DNA from: Actinomycetota bacterium
Lineage (GTDB): Bacteria; Actinomycetota; Actinomycetes; S36-B12
Assembly: GCA_017857875.1 (NCBI GenBank)
Contig: JAFMCH010000001.1
Location: 67,745-131,744 of the forward strand
Direction of reading: 5' to 3'
Length of the DNA: 64,000 nucleotides
Shown here: in pieces, positions 19,924 to 28,105 of the stretch
Position numbering within the stretch: the first letter of the stretch is position 1
Layout: the number at the start of each line of letters is the position of its first letter
Translations under genes and position numbers: made by a program
The notes under the pieces: generated by a model
What the model saw: the letters and a program-made list of their open reading frames with translations, nothing else
What the model was told of the DNA's origin: nothing
Databases searched by the model: none

Positions 19924-20868
19924 ATGCACATTGTCGTCCTCTCCGGAGGCCTCTCACCCGAACGTGACGTGTCGCTACGCTCGGGTCGCCGCGTGGCAGA
20001 GGCGCTGCGCGCCTCGGCGCCCGATTGGGAGATCAGTGAACGAGACATCGATGCGAACCTGCTTGATCACCTAGCCTCGATTGCTCCCGAATGTGTGATT
20101 CCCCTTGTCCACGGCTCCGCCGGCGAAGATGGCGCCATTCTTGATGTACTTCGTTGCCTGCAGGTGGCCTATGTCGGGTCAGCGCCCGATTCATGTCGAC
20201 TTGCCTTTGACAAAACTGTGGCCAAAGCCCTTGTGCGGCGGGCTGGCTTAGAAACACCCGAGTCAATATCTCTGCCGCACAGCACTTTCCGTGAACTTGG
20301 CGCCGGTGGCATCATTACCGCCCTAGTCACCAAACTGGGCCTGCCACTGATGATTAAGCCCACCCGTGGCGGCAGCGCTCTTGGCGCCAGCGTCGTTCAT
20401 CGTGCCGAAGATATTCCTGCCGCCCTCGTAGGTGCCTTCGCCTACTGCGATGTCGCCTTGATTGAACGATTCATCATCGGTACCGAAGTTGCCGTCGGGA
20501 TTATCGACACCGGTACCGGGCCTCGCGCCCTGCCCGCTGTTGAGATCCAACCCGATAGCGGCTTCTATGACTACGCCGCCCGCTACACCGCGGGTACGAC
20601 GGAATTCTTTGTACCCGCCCGGTTAGATGAAGCCACAACTGAAGCCGCGGCGCAGGTGGCGGTGGCAGCGCACACCGCACTGGGGCTTCGTGACTGGTCT
20701 CGGGCCGACATGATTATCGACACCCACGGTGTGCCCTGGTTCCTCGAGGTCAACGTTGCTCCTGGCATGACCGAAACTTCATTAGTGCCACAGGCACTTT
20801 CAGCGGCGAACATAGATATGGGTGACATCATGCGAGAGCTGGTCAACGCAGCTATCGCCCGACAGTAG
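19924..20868 (+). CDS. ddl: D-alanine--D-alanine ligase
   Basis: 314 aa ATP-grasp protein with the N-terminus IVVLSGGLSPERDVSLRSG, PLVHGSAGEDG, MIKPTRGGSALG and a C-terminal FLEVNVAPGMTETS. Confidence 0.85.
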   Translation: MHIVVLSGGLSPERDVSLRSGRRVAEALRASAPDWEISERDIDANLLDHLASIAPECVIPLVHGSAGEDGAILDVLRCLQVAYVGSAPDSCRLAFDKTVAKALVRRAGLETPESISLPHSTFRELGAGGIITALVTKLGLPLMIKPTRGGSALGASVVHRAEDIPAALVGAFAYCDVALIERFIIGTEVAVGIIDTGTGPRALPAVEIQPDSGFYDYAARYTAGTTEFFVPARLDEATTEAAAQVAVAAHTALGLRDWSRADMIIDTHGVPWFLEVNVAPGMTETSLVPQALSAANIDMGDIMRELVNAAIARQ

Positions 20869-20870
20869 AA

Positions 20871-21800
20871 CTATTGATCGTCGTCCGGCGGGTCCAGTTC
20901 GGCCAGGATTCGTAACAGATCATCTAGATCAGCGAATTCAATGATCAGTTTTCCTCTGGCGTGTGGAGTACGTGCACCACTGAGACTGACACGTGTATCG
21001 AGCCGATCACCTAACCGTGTTGAGACGGCGAGTTGTGCATCGACCATCGGCCCCGAGGGTGCTTTCGAAGCACCCTTACGCCGCGGACCCGCATCGGGGT
21101 CATTCTTGGTCAGCAGCACAATCTCTTCAACGCTGCGCACACTGAGACCCTCAGCGACGATTCGTTGCGCTAGTCCGGTGATCTGCTCCTCGTTTCCTAA
21201 TCCCAACAAGGCCCGAGCGTGACCGGCCGACAACACCCCGCTCGCCACGCTGCGTTGAACACTGGGCGGTAATTTTAGTAGCCGCAGAGTGTTAGCGACC
21301 TGTGGACGTGAACGTCCAAGGCGAGTCGCTAATTCCTCTTGAGTCCCGCCAAAGTCCGCAAGTAGCTGCTGATAGGCCGCAGCCTCATCTAATGGGTTGA
21401 GTTGAGCACGATGGAGGTTTTCCAGCAGTGCATCTCGCAGTAGATCCGTGTCGTCGGTAGGTCGCACAATCACCGGAATCAGCTCAAGGCCCACCTCCTG
21501 ACAAGCCCGCCACCGACGTTCGCCGGCCACGAGCTCAAAGGGGGTCCGACCGCTGGTGACTGGGCGCACCACCACTGGCTGCAGCAGGCCGATCTGTCGG
21601 ATCGAATGGGCCAGTTCAGCCATGTCGTCCTCGTCGAAGACGGTGCGTGGCTGCCGTGGGTTGGGTGTGATGAGAGACGGCGCGATCTCTTGATAAACCA
21701 AAGTCGTATCATCGGCCAAAGATGTTGCTGCAGTAGTGCTTTGGCGCTCTGAAATAAGTGCACCAAGACCTTTGCCGAGCCCGCGGCGGGTTTCACTCAT
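20871..21800 (-). CDS. parB: chromosome partitioning protein ParB
   Basis: RGLGKGLGALI N-terminus, the ParB box PNPRQPR, and GERRWRA. It overlaps parA by ATGA. Confidence 0.92.
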   Translation of the reverse strand: MSETRRGLGKGLGALISERQSTTAATSLADDTTLVYQEIAPSLITPNPRQPRTVFDEDDMAELAHSIRQIGLLQPVVVRPVTSGRTPFELVAGERRWRACQEVGLELIPVIVRPTDDTDLLRDALLENLHRAQLNPLDEAAAYQQLLADFGGTQEELATRLGRSRPQVANTLRLLKLPPSVQRSVASGVLSAGHARALLGLGNEEQITGLAQRIVAEGLSVRSVEEIVLLTKNDPDAGPRRKGASKAPSGPMVDAQLAVSTRLGDRLDTRVSLSGARTPHARGKLIIEFADLDDLLRILAELDPPDDDQ

Positions 21801-22585
21801 GTCATCGCCACCAATTCGTGAGCGGCCGCCCGGTAGGCCACCGCACCCGCCGATTCCGGGTCATAGGCAAAAATCGTTTGACCAAAGGATGGGGCCTCAC
21901 TTAACCGCACCGATCGAGGAATCAAAGTCGGTAGCATCAAGGCGCCAAAGTGAGTGCGCACCTCGTCGACAACCTGGGCCGATAGTCGTGTGCGACCGTC
22001 ATACATCGTCATCAGTACCGCACCAATGCGCAACTGTGGGTTCACATGCGACTTCACTAGTTCAATCGTGCGCAGTAATTGAGAGACCCCTTCAAGGGCG
22101 TAGTACTCGCACTGAATGGGCATGAGCACCTCCTTGGCGGCCACGAATGCATTAATGGTCAACAGGCCAAGGCTGGGTGGGCAGTCAATGAGCACGTAGT
22201 CCAACTCGCGGCCCTGAGCCAGAAGATGCGCGTCAAGATAATCGGTCACCGCGCGGGCAAGGCGAGTCTCTCGAGCGACCAGGGAGACCAATTCGATCTC
22301 AGCACCGGCTAGATCAATGGTTGCCGGTGCCACCCACAGATACGGGTTCTGCGGACACGCGGCGACGATGTCAGATAACCGCGCATCATCGGTGAGCACC
22401 TCATAGGTGCCAGGTATGCCACTGTGGTGCTCGACCCCCAGCGCCGTTGATGCATTGCCCTGGGGGTCTAGATCAATGACCAGTACATGGTGACCCGCAC
22501 CGGCCAGCGCTGCCGCGAGGTTCACGGTGGAGGTGGTCTTGCCCACGCCGCCTTTTTGGTTGGCCACGGCCAAGATTCGTGTCAT
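21797..22585 (-). CDS. parA: chromosome partitioning ATPase ParA (Soj)
   Basis: Deviant Walker A VANQKGGVGKTT directly at the N-terminus. An in-frame stop 5 codons upstream of the ATG rules out an N-terminal extension in this frame. Confidence 0.92.
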   Translation of the reverse strand: MTRILAVANQKGGVGKTTSTVNLAAALAGAGHHVLVIDLDPQGNASTALGVEHHSGIPGTYEVLTDDARLSDIVAACPQNPYLWVAPATIDLAGAEIELVSLVARETRLARAVTDYLDAHLLAQGRELDYVLIDCPPSLGLLTINAFVAAKEVLMPIQCEYYALEGVSQLLRTIELVKSHVNPQLRIGAVLMTMYDGRTRLSAQVVDEVRTHFGALMLPTLIPRSVRLSEAPSFGQTIFAYDPESAGAVAYRAAAHELVAMT

Positions 22586-22755
22586 GACTGTGCCGGGTCA
22601 CTTTCGGTGGTCAAGTCCGGTGGCTCGGTGGGCCAACCTAGACCGGCTGAGGTGGTCTCATCCGTTGTTTCACGTGAAACATCACCGGCCGGTGCTGGTG
22701 TGCCTGGCCAGCCCAGCCCCACGGAATGCGTGGTGACCGGATCTGTGTCGGTCAT
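22582..22755 (-). CDS. 57 aa small ORF between rsmG and parA, carrying the parS site (possibly a detached ParA N-terminal extension)
   Basis: My own translation reads MTDTDPVTTHSVGLGWPGTPAPAGDVSRETTDETTSAGLGWPTEPPDLTTESDPAQS. The ATG is preceded by AAGGGGA. The stop overlaps the parA ATG (ATGA). It falls below the length cutoff of the ORF track. Confidence 0.35.
   Translation of the reverse strand: MTDTDPVTTHSVGLGWPGTPAPAGDVSRETTDETTSAGLGWPTEPPDLTTESDPAQS
22666..22681. promoter_or_regulatory. parS centromere site (perfect 16-bp palindrome TGTTTCACGTGAAACA)
   Basis: Exact match to the conserved bacterial parS consensus, located immediately upstream of parAB. Confidence 0.88.
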
Positions 22756-22764
22756 AGGGTCCCC

Positions 22765-23382
22765 TTAGCGCCAGGTAGCGGATTTTTTGATGCGTACGAC
22801 TCGGGTCGGCGGGTTGACGATACCGCTCCCCCATTCGCTGATCTCCACCTGCTCGCCGCCCCACCGCGCTATCGCCGCACGTGCATCGGTGACTTCCTGT
22901 TCGGCCCCGGCTCCTTTGAGCGCCAAGAGCTCACCACCGGGGACCACTAGTGGCATAGTCCAGCTAACGAGCTTGTCGAGGGGGGCAACGGCTCGCGCGG
23001 TCACGACCGGGGCTTGTAGATCCCCGGAAAGTTCCTCAGCTCGACCCCGGCGCACCTGGACCCGATCGGTGAGATTGAGTCGCTCCACCACCTCGGTCAA
23101 AAAAGTTGCCCGCCGAAGTAGCGGCTCCACGCAGGTCACCAACAAATCCGGCCGCACAATGGCCCATACCAGCCCGGGTAGCCCGGCGCCTGAGCCCACA
23201 TCAATCACGGATGTTTCACGTGGAACAGCATCAACAGCCACCGCGCAGTTCAGTAGATGCCGGTCCCAGAGCCGGTCAACCTCTCGTGGACCGATCAAGC
23301 CGCGGGCTACTCCATCTGTAGCGAGTACACCGGCAAATCGCTCTAATTGTTCGGTGGTGGCCTCGTCGAGCAGTGTTCTCAC
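22765..23382 (-). CDS. rsmG: 16S rRNA (guanine527-N7)-methyltransferase RsmG (GidB)
   Basis: GLIGPREVDRLWDRHLLNC and the SAM motif VIDVGSGAGLPG. I chose the GTG at 23382 (AAGG upstream, no overlap with jag). The longest ORF extends to 23442. Confidence 0.85.
   Translation of the reverse strand: MRTLLDEATTEQLERFAGVLATDGVARGLIGPREVDRLWDRHLLNCAVAVDAVPRETSVIDVGSGAGLPGLVWAIVRPDLLVTCVEPLLRRATFLTEVVERLNLTDRVQVRRGRAEELSGDLQAPVVTARAVAPLDKLVSWTMPLVVPGGELLALKGAGAEQEVTDARAAIARWGGEQVEISEWGSGIVNPPTRVVRIKKSATWR
23212..23227. promoter_or_regulatory. parS-like site (TGTTTCACGTGGAACA, 15/16) inside rsmG
   Basis: One mismatch to the parS palindrome. It lies inside the rsmG coding sequence (encoding VPRET). 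Confidence 0.6.
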
Positions 23383-23389
23383 CTGCGCC

Positions 23390-23920
23390 TTAGGCCGGGC
23401 GAATGACAATGCGCCGGTCTGGCTCCACACCCTCAGACTCACTCACGAGCCCGGCCTCAGTCGCCACATCATGGACGACCTTGCGCTCAAATGCATTCAT
23501 CGCGGCCAGACGGATCGGCTCTTTGGTTTCGCGTACCTCATCGATGGCTGATTGGGCCATTTCACGCAGGTGTTCACGGCGTTCGGCTCGAACCCCACCA
23601 ATATCTAGCATGAGACGTGACCGGTGGCCGGTTCTTTGGGTTGCCGCTAACCGCGCGAGGTCTTGGAGTGCATCAAGAACCTTCGCCTCATCGCCCACCA
23701 GGGCAGATAGTTCACCCTTGTTCACCTCGATGATGGCCACCTGGGCCCGATCGCCTTCGACATCGATATCGATGTCACCGTCGAGATCAACGATGTCCAA
23801 CAATCCCTCAAGATAGTCAGCGGCGGCGTCACCTTCAGCGACTAAATCCCGATCGCCGGTGCTGGGTTCCGTGTCGGCCTCGATGGGTTGATCATCGGTC
23901 GTGGCCACGGTCTCGGTCAC
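23390..23920 (-). CDS. Jag/KhpB-like RNA-binding protein (KH + R3H domains)
   Basis: 176 aa ORF with an acidic N-terminus and an R3H-type C-terminus (FERKVVHDVATEAGLVSESEG). Conserved position after yidC. Confidence 0.85.
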   Translation of the reverse strand: MTETVATTDDQPIEADTEPSTGDRDLVAEGDAAADYLEGLLDIVDLDGDIDIDVEGDRAQVAIIEVNKGELSALVGDEAKVLDALQDLARLAATQRTGHRSRLMLDIGGVRAERREHLREMAQSAIDEVRETKEPIRLAAMNAFERKVVHDVATEAGLVSESEGVEPDRRIVIRPA

Positions 23921-25050
23921 GTAGTTCTCCCTTTTTTCTTAGACGTCCCGCCCTGGGAATCTACAGTGGTGGTCACCGGCGTCTGGTCATCCTCCGCTTC
24001 GGTGATAGCTGAATCAGTCCCTGTCGAAAATGACGGCTTCTCCGGTTCAACTGCCGGTTTTGTTACGTTTTTGGGTGATTTACCCCTTTTACTCTTCGGA
24101 ACTCGTTTTGGTTGAATGCGCGCCGGTGCTTCCTCTTCGACTGGTATCTGCTCAATCGTGGGGGCTTGTCCACCGGCTTTGCGCGCGGCCTTTCGGTCGG
24201 CCTTGACCTTCTTGCGTTCCTCCCACGCCTCAAAAGCTGGACTGCCAGGCTGGGGATTATTTCTAATGACGTAGAACTGTTGGCCCATCGTCCACAGGTT
24301 CGTGGTGAGCCAGTAGATCAACACACCGATCGGGAAGTTGATGCCCGTGACTGCGAAAATGATCGGGAAGACGTAGAGCAGGATCTTCTGCTGGCGCACC
24401 ATGGGATTGCCTGGAGCGGAGTTCTTCACGATCAACTGACGCTGGGTCAAGAAGGTTGTGCCGGACATCAAAATGATCAGCACGAACGAAAGAATTCTGG
24501 TGGCTGTTGGAGAGAAACCATCCGCGGCTACTTCACTGGCACCCATGAAATATCCATAGAGGGGAACACCGAAGATCGAAGCATTGTGCGCTTGCTCCAT
24601 CAACGGGTAGTACTGATCCCACTGAAAAACCCCCGGTGAATCCGCCTGAGGGTTGGTGGGCTGATACATCGCGATGCCCTGCAACACTTGGAACAACGCG
24701 AAGAAAATGGGTGCCTGCAACAGAATTGGTAGGCAGGACGCCAGAGGATTAGTACCGCTCTCGCGATACAACTTCATGGTTTCCTGGGACTGACGTTCCC
24801 GGTCACCGGCGTACTTCTTTTGAATCTCTTTAATCTGCGGATGAATCAGCTGCATATTGCGCATCGCTTTGATCTGCTTCACAAACAGCGGAATCAGCAA
24901 GATCCGGATGACGACCACCAGGCCGACGATCGACATGACCCAGGTCCAACCTGAGGCCGGGTCGAGCACGATGGAAAACAGGGAGTGGAACTGAACGAGG
25001 ATCCAGCTAACCGCGATACGCAGCCAGTCGAGTAGGAACAGGGGATCCAC
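23917..25050 (-). CDS. yidC: membrane protein insertase YidC
   Basis: 377 aa ORF with conserved NPLASCLPILLQAPIFFALF and a basic C-terminal tail. Position next to yidD/rnpA/rpmH. Confidence 0.92.
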   Translation of the reverse strand: MDPLFLLDWLRIAVSWILVQFHSLFSIVLDPASGWTWVMSIVGLVVVIRILLIPLFVKQIKAMRNMQLIHPQIKEIQKKYAGDRERQSQETMKLYRESGTNPLASCLPILLQAPIFFALFQVLQGIAMYQPTNPQADSPGVFQWDQYYPLMEQAHNASIFGVPLYGYFMGASEVAADGFSPTATRILSFVLIILMSGTTFLTQRQLIVKNSAPGNPMVRQQKILLYVFPIIFAVTGINFPIGVLIYWLTTNLWTMGQQFYVIRNNPQPGSPAFEAWEERKKVKADRKAARKAGGQAPTIEQIPVEEEAPARIQPKRVPKSKRGKSPKNVTKPAVEPEKPSFSTGTDSAITEAEDDQTPVTTTVDSQGGTSKKKGRTT

Positions 25051-25076
25051 GCGGACTCTCCGAACAATGGTGGGGG

Positions 25077-25871
25077 CTAGTGGTGGGCGTGCTGATCCGC
25101 CGAGATTACCGACGATTCACCCTTGCAGCCTACGGCTCCTGGCAACCGGGGGGAGCCGTCAGGGTAGATATCCGGACGCCATTTTCCGCGCGGGGGGACC
25201 GGATCGAGTCCACCGGCGGTCCAGGGATGACATCGAAGAAGGCGCCAGCTGCCCAACAGGAGCCCTTTGCCGACGCCATGGCGCTGCAACGAATCGACCG
25301 CGTAGGCCGAACAACTCGGGTGATAGCGGCAGGTAGGTGGGAGGGCAGGTGAAATGAAGCGCCGGTAGAGCCCGAGGAGCCCGAGAAGTAGCCAGCGAAA
25401 CGGGCTAGCTAGCACCCAGACGGTACGAGCGAGAATCCCCCGGCCGGCTGATTCATCCGTCGCATCTGTCACGGCTATGTGTGGCGCAGGCTGGGGCGAC
25501 TGTGGCGCAGGCTGGGACGGCTTGAGATCAGGTGCACTGATGTAGTCGGTCAATGCCCGCAGCAGGTCTCGATCCAATTGTTCAAGATTGGCCGTTGCTG
25601 CCTGCGGAAGAGCTCTAATAACAATTTGCGTGCCCGAAGCGATCTCATCAATCACGCTCATTATTGCCACACGAAGCAAACGGGTAACACGGTGTCGTAC
25701 AACAGAATTGCCAACATTACGACCAACAGCGAACGCTACCCGAGGGGCGATTGATGAGTCTTGTTCACCCACCACATGAACAATCAACCGGCCCGACTTG
25801 ATTTTCCGGCCACGACGCATCGTGTGCGTGATTGTTGACGAAGGGGTGAGGCGATGACGTGTGGGAAGCAT
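25077..25871 (-). CDS. rnpA: single ORF encoding RNase P protein component (N-terminal about 116 aa) fused in frame to YidD membrane protein insertion efficiency factor (C-terminal about 110 aa)
   Basis: The N-terminus MLPTRHRLT...GNSVVRHRVTRLLR is the RnpA signature. The C-terminus LYRRFISPALPPTCRYHPSCSAYAVDSLQRHG is the YidD signature. No stop codon separates them. An in-frame GTG at 25472 could also initiate YidD separately. Confidence 0.8.
   Translation of the reverse strand: MLPTRHRLTPSSTITHTMRRGRKIKSGRLIVHVVGEQDSSIAPRVAFAVGRNVGNSVVRHRVTRLLRVAIMSVIDEIASGTQIVIRALPQAATANLEQLDRDLLRALTDYISAPDLKPSQPAPQSPQPAPHIAVTDATDESAGRGILARTVWVLASPFRWLLLGLLGLYRRFISPALPPTCRYHPSCSAYAVDSLQRHGVGKGLLLGSWRLLRCHPWTAGGLDPVPPRGKWRPDIYPDGSPRLPGAVGCKGESSVISADQHAHH
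25480..25521. repeat. 2 x 21-bp tandem repeat in the RnpA-YidD linker
   Basis: The units tgtggcgcaggctggggcgac and tgtggcgcaggctgggacggc share 19/21 positions. On the minus strand they encode the PSQPAPQ/SPQPAPH linker. Confidence 0.85.
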
Positions 25872-25916
25872 CAGCCACCACCTATCGTTGAACGTAATCG
25901 TTCAGCAGTGTGGGCC

Positions 25917-26051
25917 CTAGGCCGTGAGGCGACTACGCCCCTTGGCGCGACGTGACGAGATGATGGAGCGGCCAGCGCGCGTACGCATACGCAGACGAAA
26001 TCCGTGCGTGCGAGCCCGACGACGATTATTGGGCTGGAATGTGCGCTTCAT
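25917..26051 (-). CDS. rpmH: 50S ribosomal protein L34
   Basis: [44 protein letters not shown], 44 aa. The longer track ORF (to 26261) is an upstream extension. Confidence 0.92.
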   Translation of the reverse strand: MKRTFQPNNRRRARTHGFRLRMRTRAGRSIISSRRAKGRSRLTA

Positions 26052-26158
26052 GACGGACGGATCTCCTGTAAGTAAGTGACTTTCGCCGCAGTGCTCACCG
26101 CGAAACCGACCCATAGCGTACGGCCGAGCACTGGTCGTGGTCAATTCGGCCCCGTTAG

Positions 26159-26272
26159 TGGTCCACAAAGCTACCCCGGCCTGTTGTGCACGCACCCCAC
26201 CCATCGCTACTGTCCGACACCGGGGCTGCACGCACCGTGCGGCTCTCGATCGGTTGTCCACACCTGTGGATA
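26159..26272. promoter_or_regulatory. dnaA promoter region with DnaA boxes
   Basis: TGGTCCACA lies at 26159-26167. TTGTCCACA at 26254-26262 is followed 1 nt later by the inverted CTGTGGATA at 26264-26272, about 25 nt upstream of the dnaA start. Confidence 0.6.
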
Positions 26273-26296
26273 CCTGTGTGGGTGAGGAGAAACTTC

Positions 26297-27730
26297 GTGG
26301 AACACAACGATGACCTCACCGCTATTTGGCGGCGCGCCATCGAATCCCTGTCTGAAACAAGCCTGACCCCTCAGCAGCGGGCTTTTGTCGGGCTTACCCG
26401 ACCCCTAGGCCTCGTTGAAGGCACCGCCCTCATCGCTGCACCCAATGAATTCACCAAAGACGTGCTTGAGACACGGCTTCGACCATTGGTCACCCAGGCG
26501 CTCACCGAACAGCTAGGTGAGGAGATCCGGTTGGCTGTCACCGTTGATCCCACTATCGCTGATCCCACCGCGGAGGATGAACTTGACGATGTGGTGGATG
26601 CCACGTATTCGTCCGATGACGGCACCGACAGTGTCGCGGCCACGTCCGATAGTCCCGATGCTCGCCCAGGCACCGGTACTCCAGTCACCAACTCAGCAGA
26701 AGGGCGCCTCAACGCCAAGTACACGTTCGACACGTTCGTCATTGGTTCAAGTAATCGTTTTGCTCATGCTGCGGCCGTTGCTGTAGCGGAAGCCCCCGCA
26801 AAGGCGTACAACCCGCTATTCATCTACGGCGGGTCAGGGCTAGGCAAAACCCACCTACTCCATGCCCTGGGCCACTATTCACGCACCTTGTTCAAAGGGA
26901 CTCGGGTGCGGTACGTCAGCTCTGAAGAATTCACCAATGAGTTCATCAACTCCATTCGTGATGACAAATCAGCAGCCTTTCAACGCAGATACCGCGACGT
27001 CGACATTCTGCTCGTTGACGACATTCAGTTTCTTTCCGGAAAAGTGCAGACCCAGGAGGAGTTTTTTCACACTTTCAATACCCTGCACAACGCTAATAAG
27101 CAGATCGTTATCACTTCTGACCTTGCCCCAAAACAGTTGCAGGACTTTGAAGACCGGATGCGATCTCGGTTTGAATGGGGACTCACCACCGATGTTCAGC
27201 CACCCGACCTGGAAACCCGAATTGCGATCTTGCGTAAAAAGAGCGCCCAAGAAAAACTCACCGCCCCGCCTGAGGTCTTGGAGTTCATCGCTTCCAAGAT
27301 TTCATCGAACATTCGTGAACTAGAAGGGGCACTTATCCGGGTCACAGCCTTTGCCTCCCTTAATCGCCAGCCTGTTGACCAGCCATTGGCTGAATTGGTC
27401 CTTAAAGATCTCTTCCCCTCTGACACTGGTCCGGAGATCACCACAGCGCAGATCATGACCACGACGGCTGCCTACTTCGGTGTGTCCGTCGATGACCTGT
27501 GCGGTAGTTCCCGATCGCGGGTTCTTGTCACGGCACGTCAGATTGCCATGTATCTCTGCCGTGAATTGACCGACCTCTCGCTACCCAAGATCGGCCAGGC
27601 CTTCGGGGGGCGAGATCACACCACCGTGATGCATGCAGACCGTAAGATCCGCCAACTCATCGGTGAACGCCGAAGCTTGTACAACCAGGTTGCTGATCTG
27701 ACCGCTCGCATCAAATCCCAATCTCGGTAA
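26297..27730 (+). CDS. dnaA: chromosomal replication initiator protein DnaA
   Basis: GTG at 26297 follows GAGGAG. Walker [12 protein letters not shown], the AAA+ region VDDIQFL, and the C-terminal DNA-binding domain ([35 protein letters not shown]). Confidence 0.95.
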   Translation: MEHNDDLTAIWRRAIESLSETSLTPQQRAFVGLTRPLGLVEGTALIAAPNEFTKDVLETRLRPLVTQALTEQLGEEIRLAVTVDPTIADPTAEDELDDVVDATYSSDDGTDSVAATSDSPDARPGTGTPVTNSAEGRLNAKYTFDTFVIGSSNRFAHAAAVAVAEAPAKAYNPLFIYGGSGLGKTHLLHALGHYSRTLFKGTRVRYVSSEEFTNEFINSIRDDKSAAFQRRYRDVDILLVDDIQFLSGKVQTQEEFFHTFNTLHNANKQIVITSDLAPKQLQDFEDRMRSRFEWGLTTDVQPPDLETRIAILRKKSAQEKLTAPPEVLEFIASKISSNIRELEGALIRVTAFASLNRQPVDQPLAELVLKDLFPSDTGPEITTAQIMTTTAAYFGVSVDDLCGSSRSRVLVTARQIAMYLCRELTDLSLPKIGQAFGGRDHTTVMHADRKIRQLIGERRSLYNQVADLTARIKSQSR

Positions 27731-28105
27731 GCCTTAGATTACCCAGGTTGTGGATATCTTGTGTGTAGTTTTTATTTCCCTCACACTCAACTCACGTGCA
27801 TTGGGGATATCTTCCGCCAGCTTGGTGGATATCCCGAGCGATTTGTCTACTAATCCACCGAGGGTGACTCCATGATCGACCGTTGTCCACAACACCGTCT
27901 CGACTTCAACACGCTCCCGACGTGGGTAAAAGTTAGTCATCCCCACTATCCACCGCACCTACGACGATGACGAGTACTTACCTGATGACATCAATGCCAC
28001 AAACATCAGCCACACCGGCTGTGGATAGGACCTTGACCAGTGCTGTAGCGGTGAGGATGCCGAGGATGACAGGATGACCCGTCAACTGACCGGGGAGGTT
28101 GCTTC
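27731..28105. other. oriC (dnaA-dnaN intergenic replication origin)
   Basis: Seven DnaA-box-like 9-mers: 27748-27756 TTGTGGATA, 27801-27809 TTGGGGATA, 27823-27831 TGGTGGATA, 27851-27859 TAATCCACC, 27883-27891 TTGTCCACA, 27947-27955 TATCCACCG, 28019-28027 CTGTGGATA. An AT-rich stretch GTGTGTAGTTTTTATTT lies at about 27761-27777. Confidence 0.8.

Noticed and set aside
22787-23551. 254 aa plus-strand ORF antisense to rsmG and the end of jag
   Set aside because: The minus strand has clear RsmG (GLIGPREV, VIDVGSGAGLPG) and Jag signatures. The plus-strand product is Ser/Arg/Thr/Ala-rich, typical of GC-rich antisense frames.
24112-24639. 175 aa plus-strand ORF antisense to yidC
   Set aside because: The YidC signature on the minus strand is unambiguous, and the plus-strand product has no family resemblance.
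26052-26261. 114 aa version of the rpmH ORF
   Set aside because: L34 is a protein of about 45 aa. The conserved sequence starts at [12 protein letters not shown] (ATG at 26051), and the upstream 70 codons lie in the rpmH-dnaA control region.
26186-26296. N-terminal 37-codon extension of the dnaA ORF in the track (start at 26186)
   Set aside because: The extension runs through the inverted DnaA-box pair and the probable promoter. A GAGGAG Shine-Dalgarno sits 7 nt before the GTG at 26297, which gives a normal DnaA N-terminus ([16 protein letters not shown]).
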